From positions 1-16,927 of the forward strand of contig JAWBRA010000030.1 of NCBI GenBank assembly GCA_038844785.1: a stretch of 16,927 nt of DNA, written 5' to 3'. A program made the translations under genes and the position numbers. This DNA is from Candidatus Caldarchaeum sp. Its GTDB lineage: Archaea; Thermoproteota; Nitrososphaeria_A; Caldarchaeales; Caldarchaeaceae. The notes under the pieces are model-generated. The model saw only the letters and a program-made list of their open reading frames with translations. It was not told the DNA's origin and searched no databases. How positions within the stretch are numbered: the first letter of the stretch is position 1; each line of letters starts with the position of its first letter. Of the stretch, positions 15,654 through 16,927 are shown one piece after another.

Positions 15654-15927
15654 GCTTGAGATTTATGAAATCCGCTAGAACATGATTTCTGACTTCGATG
15701 ATGACCTTCTTCACGCCTTCGCATCGGCTTGCAAGCGTTTTGGCCGCCTCGGCATATGTTATTACGTTTGGTGAATGCGGGTCTCTGCAAACGTAGATTA
15801 TGTGAACAACTCCGTTTCCGACATCTCTGACGTCTATCACAGAGTCGAGAAACAAGGCAGGCGCTCCTGAGACCGGGTCCCTCAGCATCCTCAAAGCATT
15901 TCTGACTTTTTCAGCCAGGTCAGACAT
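15643..15927 (-). CDS. DUF59 (FeS_assembly_P / SufT / PaaD-like) small protein
   Basis: V-x-x-A-L-x-x-x-x-D-P start, a beta strand followed by P-x-S-P, and GVKKV-x-x-E-V, matching the DUF59 layout at 94 aa. Confidence 0.6.
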   Translation of the reverse strand: MSDLAEKVRNALRMLRDPVSGAPALFLDSVIDVRDVGNGVVHIIYVCRDPHSPNVITYAEAAKTLASRCEGVKKVIIEVRNHVLADFINLKLNV

Positions 15928-15986
15928 CTAAGTGGGAAAACCCTGCCGGGAATTAAGGTTATTATGAGCTTTCCGAAAGATTTCTC

Positions 15987-16322
15987 ATGGCCTCCAAGGT
16001 GGAGCAGGTCGTCGAGCGTTTAAGAAAGATCGAGGAGAAGCTGGATGAACTGTATGAGCTGACAAACGTTTACAGGAAGGAAATCGTCGACATGGCTTCG
16101 AAGGAGGCGGAGAAGCTGAAGGCTAGGATCTCGGAACAGGCCAAAGCAAGGGAGGATAGGTTGTTTTCCGAGGAAGTTTCAAGGGCAGAGGAAGCCGCTA
16201 AAGAGATACTGGCTAAGGGGAAGTGGGAGGCCAGCATAGTACGTAAAAAAGCAGATGAAAAGCGTCAAGAGGCGGAAAGACTGGTTTTAGAAGCGGTTCT
16301 TAAAGGAAAAATAACGTTGTAG
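15987..16322 (+). CDS. Charged coiled-coil protein, possibly A/V-type ATP synthase peripheral stalk subunit H/G
   Basis: 111 aa, E/K/A/R-rich and helical, with LRKIEE near the N-terminus, AEEAAKEILAKG, and a hydrophobic C-terminal AERLVLEAVL. The similarity is compositional only. Confidence 0.45.
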   Translation: MASKVEQVVERLRKIEEKLDELYELTNVYRKEIVDMASKEAEKLKARISEQAKAREDRLFSEEVSRAEEAAKEILAKGKWEASIVRKKADEKRQEAERLVLEAVLKGKITL

Positions 16323-16327
16323 AGGGA

Positions 16328-16408
16328 GGTTTTTCCTTTGTTTACCAGTTCTCTAAGCAAGTTAACTACAACCGCCCCCGACTTTGAGTCGAGGTTGCCC
16401 GTCGGCTC
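16328..16408 (-). pseudogene. 81-nt remnant of a LolD/MacB-type ABC transporter ATPase gene
   Basis: The minus strand reads EPTGNLDSKSGAVVVNLLRELVNKGKT, which is the Walker B Glu / D-loop and following helix (DEPTGNLD...GKT). The similarity stops abruptly on both sides. Confidence 0.75.
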
Positions 16409-16459
16409 GAACCCATAGAAAAAGTCCCACCAAGACATATATAAATCAATCAGAGAACC

Positions 16460-16927
16460 GGTACTGTCAACTAGGTATTACGCCTCCTTCTCTTGTTTGG
16501 GTTCTGAGGAGTAGGTTATGTATTGGGGCTATTCCTGCTGCTATCTCCTCTATACTCTTTACTGTCTTGGAGTTTATGTTGTTGTAGAATCTTCTGGTCC
16601 TGTCCTTCAGCTCCCTAAACCACCTCTCTATCCTATTCCTATTCCCAAAGGTCTCGTGGAAGTACTCTATGCCCAGCCCCTTCAATACCCATGGATACCA
16701 TGGACCCCTATCCACTACTACCACCGGCTTACCCTCGCATGCCCTTAGGACCATCCTAAGGAAAGTCAATGCATTAAGCATAGACCTACCTCTGGAAGCA
16801 TATACAGCTATTATCTCGCCTGCATCGACGTCTACTGCAGACCATACGTAGACCCACTCTCCCAGCCTCTTCTCAACAGTCTCATCGACGGCTACAAGCC
16901 TCCTGGGCTTACGCATGGAATTGAAGA
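16460..16927 (-). mobile_element. IS6-family insertion sequence (3' part, with terminal inverted repeat at 16460-16470)
   Basis: Terminus GGTACTGTCAA is identical to that of the left element, and the transposase stop codon lies within the IR. The element runs off the window edge. Confidence 0.92.
16467..16927 (-). CDS. IS6-family DDE transposase (5'-truncated by the window)
   Basis: VAVDET, YVWSAVD, VVVDRGPWY and RNRIERWFRELKDRTRRF give the DDE triad typical of archaeal IS6. The frame stays open upstream of ATG 16916 to the edge. Confidence 0.92.
   Translation of the reverse strand, partial: FNSMRKPRRLVAVDETVEKRLGEWVYVWSAVDVDAGEIIAVYASRGRSMLNALTFLRMVLRACEGKPVVVVDRGPWYPWVLKGLGIEYFHETFGNRNRIERWFRELKDRTRRFYNNINSKTVKSIEEIAAGIAPIHNLLLRTQTREGGVIPS

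Noticed and set aside
16386-16414. Hairpin with GCAA loop and a GGTTCGAGCC T-loop-like string (minus strand), suggesting a tRNA fragment or sRNA
   Set aside because: There is no T-stem pairing or cloverleaf, and the sequence is largely explained by the ABC-ATPase remnant codons.
16338-16418. Plus-strand 26-codon ORF (MFTSSLSKLTTTAPDF...) after a GGAGGT SD, first read as the start of ATP synthase subunit I
   Set aside because: The opposite strand of the same bases gives a much stronger match to an ABC ATPase D-loop. The resemblance to subunit I is not specific.
128-16459. CRISPR array, tRNA or rRNA genes
   Set aside because: I saw no regularly spaced repeats or RNA-gene structures. All intergenic gaps are short or explained by pseudogenes.
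1-16927. Recent composite transposon carrying the whole block
   Set aside because: The IS copies are only about 85% identical and inverted, whereas IS6 pseudo-compound transposons normally have directly oriented, near-identical copies. The cargo is also housekeeping.

Overview
Archaeal chromosomal segment. TATA boxes lie about 20-25 nt upstream of starts, internal operon genes have GGTG/GAGG ribosome-binding sites, and the gene content includes deoxyhypusine synthase, Cgi121, a Urm1-like protein and PDO. This fits a thermophilic TACK archaeon such as Caldarchaeales/Aigarchaeota (inference). Both window edges are 3' ends of related IS6-family elements pointing inward (about 85% identical over the comparable 127 nt). 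Between them lie dys; lysC with an 18-codon upstream ORF; a four-gene xanthine-dehydrogenase-family cluster with two different large subunits; and a urm1-cgi121 pair converging on an ilvE / small Cys-His-rich protein / tsaC operon. Further along are pdo; a decayed cupredoxin plus membrane-protein pair; a class V aminotransferase; a single-domain KaiC-like ATPase tightly coupled to a non-PriS-like AEP primase-polymerase; a DUF59-like protein; an orphan ATP synthase H/G-like gene; and an 81-nt ABC-ATPase remnant beside the right IS. The best candidates for undescribed biology are the KaiC-AEP module and the t6A/Urm1 cluster with its aminotransferase and Zn-finger partners.
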